Shown here piece by piece: positions 1 through 10,184 of a DNA stretch of 64,000 nt. The notes under the pieces are model-generated. The model made no database searches. It had not been told where the DNA came from and was given only the letters and a program-made list of their open reading frames with translations. The position numbers were made by a program, and so were the translations under genes. The DNA comes from an uncultured Pelagibacteraceae bacterium (GTDB lineage Bacteria > Pseudomonadota > Alphaproteobacteria > Pelagibacterales > Pelagibacteraceae), in NCBI GenBank assembly GCA_905612235.1, contig CAJQRF010000011.1, positions 40,835-104,834 of the forward strand, read 5' to 3'. The number at the start of each line of letters is the position of its first letter. The stretch's first letter is position 1.

Positions 1-1205
1 AGGACAGGACCAAAAATTTCATCCTGAGCAATGGTCATATTTTCTTTTACGTTATCAAAAAGAGTTGGTTTTGCAAAAAAACCTTTTTGATTACTTTCTG
101 AAGTTCCTCCATGTAAAATAGAAGCCCCTTCATCAATGCCTTTTTGAATATAACCATCAACTTTGGCCAAATGTCCTTTTGATATCATAGAGCCCATATT
201 TGTATTTACATCTAAAGGGTTTCCAACTTTAATTTTTTTTACTTTTTTTAAAACTTTATCTAAAAATTCATCTTTAACTTTACTATGAATAATCTGACGC
301 ATATTAGCTGAACAGTTTTGCCCACCATTCCAAAAAGCTGAGTTAATAGCATTATCTATTAATGTGTCATTTATTTTTGCATCCTCTAGGACTAAAAAAG
401 GACTTTTTCCTCCCATTTCAAGACCAATAGATTTTAAATTACTTTCTCCAGAATATTTCATAAATAAACCACCAACTTCAGTCGATCCAGTAAACGAAAC
501 TGCGTCAACATCATTATGTCTTCCTAAAGCCTCGCCAGCATCACCAAAGCCAGGTATAACATTAAATACACCATCAGGAATTCCAGCTTCTTTTGATATT
601 TGTGCAATTCTAATTGCAGACAATGGAGTATCTTCAGCTGGTTTAATTATAACTGAACAGCCTGCTGCCAAAGCTGGAGCGAGTTTCCACACAGCCATCA
701 TTAATGGGAAATTCCATGGAACAACTCCCGCAACAACACCTATTGGTTCTTTTATAATTAAACTAGTTACTGATGGATCTGTTGGAGGAACTTTTCCAAA
801 AGTTTTGTCTATAAGTTCTGCATACCATTGAAAATGCATTGGTGTATCATTTGCTACTTCATTAATGCAATCAATAATTAATTTACCACTATCTACACAT
901 TCTAAGACTGCGTTCTCTTCACCATGATGAGTTAATAGTTCAGCAAATTTTAATAAAATATTTTTTCTATATTCTGGAGCAGTCTTTGACCAGACTCCAC
1001 TTTCAAAAGCTTTTCTTGAAGCACTTACTGCCAAATCCACATCTTGGTGATTACACCTAGCTACAGAACAAAGTACATCACCAGTTGCAGGATTTATACT
1101 TTCAAACTTTCTGCCATCAATAGCATCTACATATTTTCCATTAATAAATGCTCTTCCTTCAAATTTCAGTTTACTAGCAATAGATTTATAGTTTGTTGAG
1201 GTCAT
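1..1205 (-). CDS. NAD(P)-dependent aldehyde dehydrogenase (C-terminus cut by window edge)
   Basis: Absent from the ORF track because it runs off the window. Reverse translation from the ATG at 1205 gives MTSTNYKSIASKLKFEGRAFINGKYVDAIDGRKFESINPATGDV..., then LEMGGKSPF, GQNCSA and EIFGPV, typical ALDH superfamily motifs. The + ORF 364..831 is its antisense shadow. Confidence 0.85.
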   Translation of the reverse strand, partial: MTSTNYKSIASKLKFEGRAFINGKYVDAIDGRKFESINPATGDVLCSVARCNHQDVDLAVSASRKAFESGVWSKTAPEYRKNILLKFAELLTHHGEENAVLECVDSGKLIIDCINEVANDTPMHFQWYAELIDKTFGKVPPTDPSVTSLIIKEPIGVVAGVVPWNFPLMMAVWKLAPALAAGCSVIIKPAEDTPLSAIRIAQISKEAGIPDGVFNVIPGFGDAGEALGRHNDVDAVSFTGSTEVGGLFMKYSGESNLKSIGLEMGGKSPFLVLEDAKINDTLIDNAINSAFWNGGQNCSANMRQIIHSKVKDEFLDKVLKKVKKIKVGNPLDVNTNMGSMISKGHLAKVDGYIQKGIDEGASILHGGTSESNQKGFFAKPTLFDNVKENMTIAQDEIFGPV

Positions 1206-1298
1206 ATTTTTAAAATCATAAGTTAATTGAAATAAATATTACAGTAAAGCTTCTTTAACAAACTTTAAAAAAGGTATAATAGAAGAGGTCTATAGACA

Positions 1299-2210
1299 AT
1301 GTTATCAAATAAAAAAATCATCTGCCCTATAAACTTGCTGGAAGTTGCTAAAAAATTTGGGATTATTAATGCTGCTATAGTTAATGCTGGAGAAATATTT
1401 CCTATGGAATCGGTGCATAAAGCAGTTGAGCATGGGTTAATCAATCCAATATTTATTGGAAACAAAAATGAAATTGAAAAATATGCCAAGAAATTAAATT
1501 GGGACATAAACAAATATGAAATTATCGACGAAAAAAATGAAAATGCTACAGCTCAGATAGCTGCAAAACTTGCAAGTGAAAATAAAGTAAAAGTTATAGT
1601 TAAAGGACATATACATACTGATGTGTTAATGAAAGCTGTTTTGAAAAGGGACTTAAATTTGATAGGCAAAAAGAGGTTAAGTCATGTATGGCATATGACA
1701 TTAAATTCTAATGACAAACCTTTTATAATCACTGATGGAGTGGTGAATGTGCTGCCTAAATTGGAAGTAAAAATGCATATACTAAAAAATGCTATAGATT
1801 TTGCCAAGAAGATTGGAATTTCTAGACCTAAAGTTGCCATTCTTTCAGCTACTGAAGAAGTAATAGAGAGTGTCCCTAGTTCAATTGACGCTGATATAAT
1901 TACAAAAAGAGTCAAGGATGAAAAAATTGATGCAGATGTTTTTGGTCCTCTAGCTTTTGACAATTCAGTATCAAAAAAATCTGCTTCCATTAAAAGAATT
2001 AAAAACTCTGTTTCAGGGGATGTTGATATAATGTTGGTTCCTAATATTGAGACAGGAAATGCGCTGGTTAAAATGATGATTTATTTTATGGGAGCTTGTG
2101 CTGCTGGGGTCGTATTAGGAGGAAAAGCTCCAGTTGTAATCACTAGCCGCTCAGATGAAGCTGAAGCAAGATTAGCCTCGATAGCTGCTTCAATAGTTGC
2201 ACTTGGTTAA
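1299..2210 (+). CDS. phosphate acetyl/butyryl transferase family protein (short Pta/Ptb type)
   Basis: 303 aa; family-like core and C-terminus (GGKAPVVITSRSDEAEARLASIA). Could convert Xsc-derived acetyl phosphate, but lies 17 kb from xsc. Confidence 0.7.
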   Translation: MLSNKKIICPINLLEVAKKFGIINAAIVNAGEIFPMESVHKAVEHGLINPIFIGNKNEIEKYAKKLNWDINKYEIIDEKNENATAQIAAKLASENKVKVIVKGHIHTDVLMKAVLKRDLNLIGKKRLSHVWHMTLNSNDKPFIITDGVVNVLPKLEVKMHILKNAIDFAKKIGISRPKVAILSATEEVIESVPSSIDADIITKRVKDEKIDADVFGPLAFDNSVSKKSASIKRIKNSVSGDVDIMLVPNIETGNALVKMMIYFMGACAAGVVLGGKAPVVITSRSDEAEARLASIAASIVALG

Positions 2211-2239
2211 TGTAAAAAAGTAGTATTATTAATTAACTT

Positions 2240-4117
2240 ATGACATCATCTTTAGGAAATTTTTCTCTCTGGGTAACTTTGTTTTTTTCTATTTCCCAAT
2301 TTTTCTTTTCAAGAAAAAAAAATCAATTAAAATTTGTTACAATTAGTGCTAATGGATTGTTCATCGCATCATTTATATCTTTTTTTTTGTTGATGTACGC
2401 TCATGTAATTTCAGATTTTAGCTTAGTAAATGTTTTCCAAAACTCACATACTACAAAACCTTTAATCTATAAAATTTCTGGTGTCTGGGGAAATCACGAA
2501 GGTTCAATGTTATTATGGATACTTGTTTTGACCTTGTTTAACTTTTTTATATATAAGTTATATAATGATAAAAATTCCACTTTTATTTTTAAAACCTTGG
2601 AAATCCAATCACTTATCACAACAGGCTTTATAGTATTTACAATTTTTACGTCCAACCCATTTAAAAAAATGATTTCGGTTGCAGAAAATGGATTGGGCTT
2701 TAATCCTATATTACAAGACCCCGCTTTAGCTATTCACCCACCTCTTCTATATATTGGTTATGTTGGTTTCTCTGCTGCTTTTTCTATGAGTGTCGCTACT
2801 TTATCTTTAAATAAAAATGAAAGTTTTTATTGGTATAATTATATGAAGCCCTTTGTGCTGGCGGCTTGGACTTTTCTTTCAATTGGCATAGCTCTAGGTT
2901 CTTTGTGGGCATACTATGAACTGGGCTGGGGTGGTTGGTGGTTTTGGGATCCAGTTGAGAACGCTTCTTTCATGCCTTGGTTATTAGGTACCGCATTGTT
3001 GCACTCGCTTATTATTGCTGACAAAAGAAGATCACTTCAAGCTTGGGTTTTGTTGCTAGCAATACTTACTTTTCTTTTAAGTGTAATAGGTACATTCCTT
3101 GTCAGATCTGGAATATTAACTAGTGTTCATACGTTTGCTTTAGATCCTTCAAGAGGAATATATATTCTAGTATTTACAGCTCTTTTGGGAGGATACTCTT
3201 TAATACTGTTTGCCTCTAAATCAAAAATATATTTTAGTAATAATTATTTCTCTTTTTTTAGCAAAGAGGGAGCAATACTAATTAATAACATTTTTATGGT
3301 CGTTATTTGCTCAACAGTTTTTTTAGGAACAATCTATCCATTGCTAATAGAAGCTCTCACAGACAACAAAATTTCTGTTGGAGAGCCTTATTACAATTCA
3401 ACAGTAGTTCCTATTATATTGCCAGCAATTCTGATCATGGGTGTGGGTCCGCTCTTATCTTGGGAAAAAGAAAATATTTCAAAAGTAATTAAAAAAATAT
3501 TACCTAGTGCTATTTTTACATTGATGCTTTCAGTATTATTTTTTTCTATATATAAAATCTATAGCCTTATTGCCATAGCAGGTGTTTCTTTAGCTTTTTG
3601 GATAATTACTAATAATTTAATTATTATTTATAAAAAAAGATTTAACTATTCGATTGGGATGATTATTTCACATTTAGGTGTTGGGTTATTAATATTAGGT
3701 GTAACAGGATCAAGTGTTTGGCAAATAGAAAAAATTTCAAAAATGAAAATTAATGATGAAATCAAAATTAATAATTATAATATAATATTCAAAAAAATCA
3801 GTGAAATTAAAGGACCTAACTATTTGGCATTAAAAGGAAGCTTTTTTGTCTACAATAGTAAAAAAAAACTTATCACAACACTAAATCCAGAAAACCGATT
3901 TTATCCAATAACAGGAAATTTTACGTCAGAAGCATCAATACATACTAATATATCAAGAGACCTATATATTGTTCTAGGCAAGGGAAACATAAATAATGGC
4001 TGGACAGTAAGAGTTTATTATAACCCTCTTGTTATTTGGATTTGGATTGGAGCTTTAATAATATTTTTAGGTGGAATTGCATCCACGGTTCAAAATATAA
4101 AAAAAATACCAAAATGA
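2240..4117 (+). CDS. ccmF: cytochrome c-type biogenesis protein CcmF (heme lyase subunit)
   Basis: 625 aa polytopic protein with the WWD motif WGGWWFWDPVENASFMPWL. Confidence 0.92.
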   Translation: MTSSLGNFSLWVTLFFSISQFFFSRKKNQLKFVTISANGLFIASFISFFLLMYAHVISDFSLVNVFQNSHTTKPLIYKISGVWGNHEGSMLLWILVLTLFNFFIYKLYNDKNSTFIFKTLEIQSLITTGFIVFTIFTSNPFKKMISVAENGLGFNPILQDPALAIHPPLLYIGYVGFSAAFSMSVATLSLNKNESFYWYNYMKPFVLAAWTFLSIGIALGSLWAYYELGWGGWWFWDPVENASFMPWLLGTALLHSLIIADKRRSLQAWVLLLAILTFLLSVIGTFLVRSGILTSVHTFALDPSRGIYILVFTALLGGYSLILFASKSKIYFSNNYFSFFSKEGAILINNIFMVVICSTVFLGTIYPLLIEALTDNKISVGEPYYNSTVVPIILPAILIMGVGPLLSWEKENISKVIKKILPSAIFTLMLSVLFFSIYKIYSLIAIAGVSLAFWIITNNLIIIYKKRFNYSIGMIISHLGVGLLILGVTGSSVWQIEKISKMKINDEIKINNYNIIFKKISEIKGPNYLALKGSFFVYNSKKKLITTLNPENRFYPITGNFTSEASIHTNISRDLYIVLGKGNINNGWTVRVYYNPLVIWIWIGALIIFLGGIASTVQNIKKIPK

Positions 4118-4647
4118 AGAATCACTTATTAAAAATACCTTTTATATTTTTTTCAATTATTTTATTAATATTTTTTTATTTACTAATAATTGAAAGAAAT
4201 CCTACAGACATTCCTTCCGCTTTATTAAATAAAAAAGTTCAACAGTTTGAAACTAGCTCATTATTTAATAGTCAAAAATTTAATTCTTCACAAGAATTTG
4301 ATAACAATGTAGTGTTAGTAAATTTTTTTGCTTCTTGGTGCAAGCCCTGTAGAGACGAACATAAGTTTATTAAAAAAATTTCTGAAAAAAAAAATTTAAA
4401 AATAATAGGCATAAATTATAAAGATAATCCTAAAAAAGCAATTGAATGGCTTGAAAAATTAGGAAACCCATATTCAAATGTTGCGATAGATAGAAATGGA
4501 GAAATTGCAATAGATTGGGGTGTGTACGGAATACCTGAGACTTTTATAGTTGATGCCAAAGGTATTATTAAATTCCGTCACGTGGGACCTATTACAAAAA
4601 AAATATACAAGAAAATTAATTTATTAATTGATGAAGTAAAGCAATGA
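4114..4647 (+). CDS. ccmG: thiol:disulfide oxidoreductase CcmG/DsbE
   Basis: WCKPC thioredoxin motif after one N-terminal TM segment. ATG at 4114 overlaps the ccmF stop (ATGA); the track ORF start at 4036 is an upstream extension inside ccmF. Confidence 0.85.
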   Translation: MKNHLLKIPFIFFSIILLIFFYLLIIERNPTDIPSALLNKKVQQFETSSLFNSQKFNSSQEFDNNVVLVNFFASWCKPCRDEHKFIKKISEKKNLKIIGINYKDNPKKAIEWLEKLGNPYSNVAIDRNGEIAIDWGVYGIPETFIVDAKGIIKFRHVGPITKKIYKKINLLIDEVKQ

Positions 4648-5054
4648 TTAAAAATAAATTTTTTATAATATTTTCTTTTTTTTTATTCCAAACTTTCTTA
4701 ACTAATATCGGAGCTGTAGAGCCTGATGAAGTTTTGAAAAATAATGCACAAGAATTAAGAGCTCGGAATATTTCTAAAAATATAAGATGTATGGTTTGCC
4801 AAAATCAATCTATTGATGAATCAGAGGCCCCTCTTGCTAAAGATTTGCGCATTTTAATTAGAAATAAAATTAAAAGTGGAAAAGATGACAAGGAAATTTA
4901 TAATTTTTTAACAAGTAGGTATGGAGATTTTATTCTTTTGCAACCTGCTTTTAAATTAAATACTTTTGCTCTTTGGTTGCTTCCAGTGTTTTTTTTGTTA
5001 ATAGGTGTCTATGTAATTTTTAGACAAAATAAGCTATTTAAGAGAAAATCTTAA
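4644..5054 (+). CDS. ccmH: cytochrome c-type biogenesis protein CcmH
   Basis: Signal peptide, then the CMVCQNQSIDES (CxxC) CcmH/CycL signature and a C-terminal TM; start overlaps the ccmG stop. Confidence 0.85.
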   Translation: MIKNKFFIIFSFFLFQTFLTNIGAVEPDEVLKNNAQELRARNISKNIRCMVCQNQSIDESEAPLAKDLRILIRNKIKSGKDDKEIYNFLTSRYGDFILLQPAFKLNTFALWLLPVFFLLIGVYVIFRQNKLFKRKS

Positions 5055-5059
5055 AATAT

Positions 5060-5770
5060 TTAATTATTTTTATTTTTTTTATTTACTTTAATTTTAATTA
5101 TTTCAACCTTGTATCTCATTAAAAAAATTATTAATGAGTATATTATCATTGCTGAAAGCATTATAACCAAAGGTACTAACATGGTGTTGTGTATTGTTGG
5201 GGCTGAAGTGAGAGTTATGCTAGATGGTTGATGAAGTGTATTCCACCAATCTACTGAATATTTTATAACTGGTAAATTAAATAATCCAATAATTCCAATT
5301 ACTGATGTTAATTTATTTGCCTCTTCAAAGTTTTTTACATAATTCCATAAAAAGATATAAGTAAGGTAAAAGAAAAACAAAACTAACATAGATGTTAATC
5401 TAGCATCCCAAACCCACCAGACGCCCCATGTTGGTTTTCCCCATAATGATCCTGTAATAATAGAAATCAATGCAAAAATACATCCAATTGGCGCAATGCT
5501 TTTTGCCATTAAAGAAACAAATTTTATTTTAAAAACTAAATTTAATATTGAGGCTATTCCAATAAATCCAAAAAAACCAAGTGATAAAATTGAAGCTGGC
5601 ACATGAACATACATTATTCTGACTGAGTCACCTTGAATGTAATCTGGGGGAGATAAAAATAATGCATATATTAATCCTATTATGATTATTAAAAGCATTA
5701 GAAATACTAAATTATTAATTAACTTATTATTTGATGAAAGAATTCTTTTGGGTAAAAAAAATTTAAGCAT
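5060..5770 (-). CDS. ccmC: heme exporter protein CcmC
   Basis: 236 aa membrane protein with the WWD motif WGVWWVWDARLTS. Confidence 0.9.
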   Translation of the reverse strand: MLKFFLPKRILSSNNKLINNLVFLMLLIIIIGLIYALFLSPPDYIQGDSVRIMYVHVPASILSLGFFGFIGIASILNLVFKIKFVSLMAKSIAPIGCIFALISIITGSLWGKPTWGVWWVWDARLTSMLVLFFFYLTYIFLWNYVKNFEEANKLTSVIGIIGLFNLPVIKYSVDWWNTLHQPSSITLTSAPTIHNTMLVPLVIMLSAMIIYSLIIFLMRYKVEIIKIKVNKKNKNN

Positions 5771-5818
5771 TTTTTAATATTACATTTATAGGTGTATTGT
5801 TAAATACATTTTTTAAAA

Positions 5819-6238
5819 TTATTTTTCTAGTGCTTCGCTAACTTCAGGTGGCATATAGTTTTCATCATGTTTTGCTAAAATTTTTTCTGCTATAAAGTAT
5901 TTTTTATCTTTTAATTTACCTTCGGCTATAACTCCTTTACCTTCTGAGAACAGATTAGGTAAAAGCCCATTATAATTTACAATTATCTCATTTTTTAAAT
6001 CAGTAATAATAAAATTTATCGACTCATCATTTTTAATAAATGAATTATCTTTAACAAGACCCCCTATTCTTATTTTTTTATTTAAAGAAATATTTTGTTT
6101 ATTTTTAATTTCCGTAGGAGAAAAAAAATAAACTAAATTTTCTTCTAAAGATCTAAATATAAAAGTAATGATGATGATTGAAATTATTACAAATGACACC
6201 AAGAATAACATTCTCGATTTTACTTTATTACCAAACAT
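5819..6238 (-). CDS. ccmE: heme chaperone CcmE
   Basis: N-terminal anchor, OB-fold-sized body and a heme-binding [13 protein letters not shown]-terminal motif. Confidence 0.85.
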   Translation of the reverse strand: MFGNKVKSRMLFLVSFVIISIIIITFIFRSLEENLVYFFSPTEIKNKQNISLNKKIRIGGLVKDNSFIKNDESINFIITDLKNEIIVNYNGLLPNLFSEGKGVIAEGKLKDKKYFIAEKILAKHDENYMPPEVSEALEK

Positions 6239-6264
6239 TTAATATTTTTAACTAATTAGATTTT

Positions 6265-6480
6265 TTAAAAAATTGGACTTTTGGATAAAGACTTTCTTAA
6301 ATCAAAGTCTTCAATTTTAACATCTTGATTTTGTTGGTATTCATTTAAATATAACTTCTCATATTTTTTAAATTTTTTATATGTTTTTGCGTATAAAACA
6401 AAACAACTAAAAAAAGTAAAAATAAACGCTGGCCAAACAAATTGACCATAACCATTTAAAAATAAAAATTCTAAGTCCAT
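6265..6480 (-). CDS. ccmD: heme exporter protein CcmD-like small membrane protein
   Basis: 71 aa, single TM, NGYGQFVWPAF resembles the CcmD GGYxxFVW motif; directly upstream of ccmE. Confidence 0.55.
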   Translation of the reverse strand: MDLEFLFLNGYGQFVWPAFIFTFFSCFVLYAKTYKKFKKYEKLYLNEYQQNQDVKIEDFDLRKSLSKSPIF

Positions 6481-6637
6481 CTAAAATGACTATCCTAAAG
6501 ATTGTATAAAAATACAAGAGTTAAATTGTCCCTAAAACTCCATTAAATTACTTAGACATTTTGCCGTCTATGTAACTATTGAATTATAGCATATTTTAAT
6601 ACTTATAAATGTTGATAAAATTAATCACACTTAAAAT

Positions 6638-7822
6638 ATGAATTTTCAAAAAAAAAATACTAATTTTGACATTGTTATTGTAGGAGGTGGCCCTATAGGA
6701 ATAGCTTTCGCTTGCGGATTAGCAAATACTACAATTAAAATAGCTATTGTGGACAAGCTATCAAAATATGCAATATCAAATCCTAAAGTAGATGGAAGAG
6801 AAATTGCATTAACTCAACATTCATTAAAAATTTTAGAAAAACTAAATGTTTGGAATTACGTTCCTAAAAAATTAATATCTACGATTAAAGAAGCTCGTGT
6901 ATTAGATGGTAATTCCAAGTATTTTTTAAATTTTGCTCACAGCGAAATTAAAAAAGAATGTTTGGGTTATATTGTTCCAAATTATTTAATAAGAAAAAGT
7001 CTTTTTAAAAGGGTAAAAAATCTTAAAAATGTAACTTTAATAAATAATAGCGAATGCTTAGCAGTAAATATTTCTAAAAAGTACGCTACACTTAAAATGT
7101 CCAATAAAAAAAATATTAAAACTTCTTTAGTTGTCGCTGCTGACAGTCGTTTTTCTAAAATGCGTTCAAAAATGGGAATTGCTGCATTTACACGTAATTT
7201 TGATAAAAACATGATTGTTTGTAGAATGAGACACGGAAAATCTCATAAAAATATAGCTTATGAATTTTTTCGTTATAATCAAACACAAGCATCATTGCCA
7301 TATATTAAAAATCAATCTGGTATAGTAACAACAGCAACTAAAGATCTGACTGAAGTTTTAATGAAAATGAACAAAAAACAATTTAATAAAGAGATGGAAA
7401 ATAATTTTGATAGTTCTTTTGGAAAAATGGAACTTGTAGGCAAGCGCTACTCTTATCCTATGATCACAACTTATGCTAAAAAATTTATAGCACATCGGTT
7501 TGCTCTAATAGGTGATGCTGCTGTTGGAATGCATCCTGTAACTGCTCATGGATTTAATTTAGGTTTAAAAGGATTGGATATATTAAATACTGAAATTAAA
7601 AAAGCTTTAAAAAACAAAACTGATATTGGTATTATAGATGCTCTTAAAAATTACCAAACTAAGCTACATCGTGCTGCTGCACCTGTATACTTAGCAACCA
7701 ATGGAATAATTAATCTTTATACATCTAATATTTTGCCAGCCAAAATCACTAGGCAATTTATACTAAGATTTGTTAATATTGTAAAACCAATTAAACAAAC
7801 ATTTTTAAACATATTAAAATAA
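6638..7822 (+). CDS. FAD-dependent monooxygenase, UbiH/UbiF/Coq6 family (ubiquinone biosynthesis hydroxylase)
   Basis: VIVGGGPIG dinucleotide fold and the GDAAVGMHPVTAHGFNLG family signature. Confidence 0.75.
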   Translation: MNFQKKNTNFDIVIVGGGPIGIAFACGLANTTIKIAIVDKLSKYAISNPKVDGREIALTQHSLKILEKLNVWNYVPKKLISTIKEARVLDGNSKYFLNFAHSEIKKECLGYIVPNYLIRKSLFKRVKNLKNVTLINNSECLAVNISKKYATLKMSNKKNIKTSLVVAADSRFSKMRSKMGIAAFTRNFDKNMIVCRMRHGKSHKNIAYEFFRYNQTQASLPYIKNQSGIVTTATKDLTEVLMKMNKKQFNKEMENNFDSSFGKMELVGKRYSYPMITTYAKKFIAHRFALIGDAAVGMHPVTAHGFNLGLKGLDILNTEIKKALKNKTDIGIIDALKNYQTKLHRAAAPVYLATNGIINLYTSNILPAKITRQFILRFVNIVKPIKQTFLNILK

Positions 7823-7825
7823 TAT

Positions 7826-8830
7826 TCAAATTAACAAAATAATTTTTGGGGCTGCACATGTCCCTTCGTGTATTCGTTTAAAGGCTGATGATCCATCTTT
7901 TAATTTTCTATATTCAATCCAATCAAGTTTTCCTATTTTATTTTCTGCTAAAATGATTAAAGTTTTTTCAAAATCTTTATTTGTATAGCAATAAGTTCCA
8001 ATAAATGTAACTTCCTGGAGCGTTGCTTTTCTAAAATCAAAGCTTCCACTAGGTTGAGTAAGACCAATGTGAATAATGACCCCACCTGGTTTTATTGATT
8101 GCATGGCTTGTTTTCTAGTAACCTCCATACCAACTGTGTCAAAAACTAAATCAAAATGATCATTGACTACACTCTTGCTTTCTGGTTTTGCAGGTATTGC
8201 ATCTAAATATTTAGAGCATTCTGCTAATCTTTTTTCGTTCGGCTCGACAATTACTATTTCTTTACAATTTTTTACTTTAGATAAAATTAACCCACTGAGC
8301 AATCCAATTGCTCCACCTCCTATAACTAAAACTTTTGCATTTTTTAATGACTTTGAAAGTTCCTTTTCACCAAGTTCAACTGCGTGTAATGCTACTGCTG
8401 TAGGTTCTGCTATAGGCGCTTCTTTTATTTCTAAATTTTTTGGTAATTCGTATATATTTTTATCTGGAATAGAAACATATTCGGCAAAACCACCTTGTCT
8501 TTCGATGGGTCGATTCATGCCTAAAATAATTCTTTTTTCACATAAATGTTCTCTGCCGCTTGAGCAGTACTCGCATGCACCACAGGTAATTAAAGGATTT
8601 AGAATAACTTTTTTACCAGAAAATTTACCCTTGTCTATTGTGCCACTTATTTCATGCCCCAATATCAATGGTGGAATTCTTCTGTTATCTTTTCCATGAT
8701 AAGCATGCATATCTGAACCACAGATACCTGAGGCAAAAACTTTTACTATACTTTCTTTGTTTATAATTTTAGGATTTTTTTCTTCTCTGTAAATTAATTC
8801 TTGTGTGCCAGTATAAACAAGAGCTTGCAT
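7826..8830 (-). CDS. zinc-dependent medium-chain alcohol/polyol dehydrogenase
   Basis: GICGSDMH, GHEISGT, structural-zinc cysteines (CGACEYC) and a GGGAIGLL Rossmann motif. Confidence 0.8.
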   Translation of the reverse strand: MQALVYTGTQELIYREEKNPKIINKESIVKVFASGICGSDMHAYHGKDNRRIPPLILGHEISGTIDKGKFSGKKVILNPLITCGACEYCSSGREHLCEKRIILGMNRPIERQGGFAEYVSIPDKNIYELPKNLEIKEAPIAEPTAVALHAVELGEKELSKSLKNAKVLVIGGGAIGLLSGLILSKVKNCKEIVIVEPNEKRLAECSKYLDAIPAKPESKSVVNDHFDLVFDTVGMEVTRKQAMQSIKPGGVIIHIGLTQPSGSFDFRKATLQEVTFIGTYCYTNKDFEKTLIILAENKIGKLDWIEYRKLKDGSSAFKRIHEGTCAAPKIILLI

Positions 8831-8832
8831 AA

Positions 8833-10119
8833 TTATTTTGAATGACCGTACTTTTTCAATCTTATGTCAGCTGTTCTTGCGTGAGCTTCCATTCCTTCAG
8901 CTCTTGCTAGTCTTGCCGCTGTAGCTCCTACCACTTTATTAGCATCCCTGCTCATTCTTTGGAATGTTAATGTTTTAATAAATTTCCCAACAAATAAGCC
9001 TCCTGTATATCTTCCTCCACCTTTTGTAGGCAAGATATGATTTGTACCAGAGCACTTATCTCCATATGCTACTGTTGTTTCTTCTCCTAAAAATAGCGAT
9101 CCATAATTTCTTAATCTCTTGAGCCACCAATCAAGATTTTCCGCATGAACTTCCAAATGTTCAGATGCATATTTGTCACTTACTATAGCCATCTCTTCGT
9201 TTGAATCACAAAGCACTACTTCACCATAATCTTTCCAAGCTGCTTCAGCGCTTATTCTTGGGAGTTCCGGTAATTCTTTTATTAATTCAGGAATTCGTTT
9301 TATTACGTAGTCAGCAACAGATTTATCTGTTGTAAATAACCAGCCGGGAGAATTGTAACCATGTTCTGCTTGGCCCACTATATCAACCGCCACTATTTCT
9401 TTGTCAGCAGACTTGTCGGCTATAATTGCAATTTCTGTTGGGCCAGCAAACTGATCTATTCCAACTTTTCCATAAACTATTCTTTTAGCTTCAGCTACAT
9501 ATTGATTACCTGCGCCAACTAAAAAATCGACTGGTGGGTTATTAAAACATCCATATGTCATTGAAGCTATTGCGGCTATGCCACCCAAATTTAAAATGAC
9601 ATCCGCACCGCAAAGATTGGCAGCGTAGATAATTCCAGCGTTAGCGCCATTTACATCTTTTGGAGGGCTTGCACAAATTATAGTTTTAACACCCGCAACC
9701 TTAGCTGGAGTAATTGCCATTACTGCTGAAGAAATATGAGCATAACGACCACCTGGGATATAACAGCCAGCTGTATCAACGGGTATAAGTCTTTGCCCTG
9801 CATATAAACCATCTGAAAGCTCAACCTCAAAATTATTATTCATGCTTTTAAGCTGATGTTCAGCAAATTTTCTTACTCTCTCGTGAGCAAACTGCACGTC
9901 ATCTTTTGTTTTTTGACTTACTTTTTTTGAAGCTTCTTCAATTTTTTCTTTAGAAACTATTACCTCACCTTCATAATTATCAAATTTTTTTGTTACTTCT
10001 TTAATGGCTTCTTCTCTTCTTTTTTCAATATCATTAAGAATATTTTGAACTATTTCCCTTGTTTTGTTATCATCTGTGGATGGATTTTTAATTGCTTTTT
10101 TTAAATATTTTATAGCCAT
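8833..10119 (-). CDS. histidinol dehydrogenase family protein (HisD or HpsN-like sulfopropanediol 3-dehydrogenase)
   Basis: 428 aa with QAEH and SEHLEVH HisD-family motifs. Not in a his operon context; 3 nt from the Zn-ADH gene. Confidence 0.8.
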   Translation of the reverse strand: MAIKYLKKAIKNPSTDDNKTREIVQNILNDIEKRREEAIKEVTKKFDNYEGEVIVSKEKIEEASKKVSQKTKDDVQFAHERVRKFAEHQLKSMNNNFEVELSDGLYAGQRLIPVDTAGCYIPGGRYAHISSAVMAITPAKVAGVKTIICASPPKDVNGANAGIIYAANLCGADVILNLGGIAAIASMTYGCFNNPPVDFLVGAGNQYVAEAKRIVYGKVGIDQFAGPTEIAIIADKSADKEIVAVDIVGQAEHGYNSPGWLFTTDKSVADYVIKRIPELIKELPELPRISAEAAWKDYGEVVLCDSNEEMAIVSDKYASEHLEVHAENLDWWLKRLRNYGSLFLGEETTVAYGDKCSGTNHILPTKGGGRYTGGLFVGKFIKTLTFQRMSRDANKVVGATAARLARAEGMEAHARTADIRLKKYGHSK

Positions 10120-10184
10120 AATTCACCTCTAAATATGATTTGTTATGAAATTTTTTTTATTTTAATATATAAATATTTTATTCT

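Noticed and set aside
364-831. Listed + strand ORFs such as 364..831, and similar ORFs lying antisense inside larger genes (1682..1990, 8163..8699, 26587..26917, 39677..40168, 47717..48028, 48300..48836, 51516..51822, 52410..52885, 53446..53640, 55531..55764).
   Set aside because: Each lies wholly inside a longer opposite-strand gene that has clear family motifs. Their translations are low-complexity or Ser/Pro/Leu-rich, as expected for antisense shadows.
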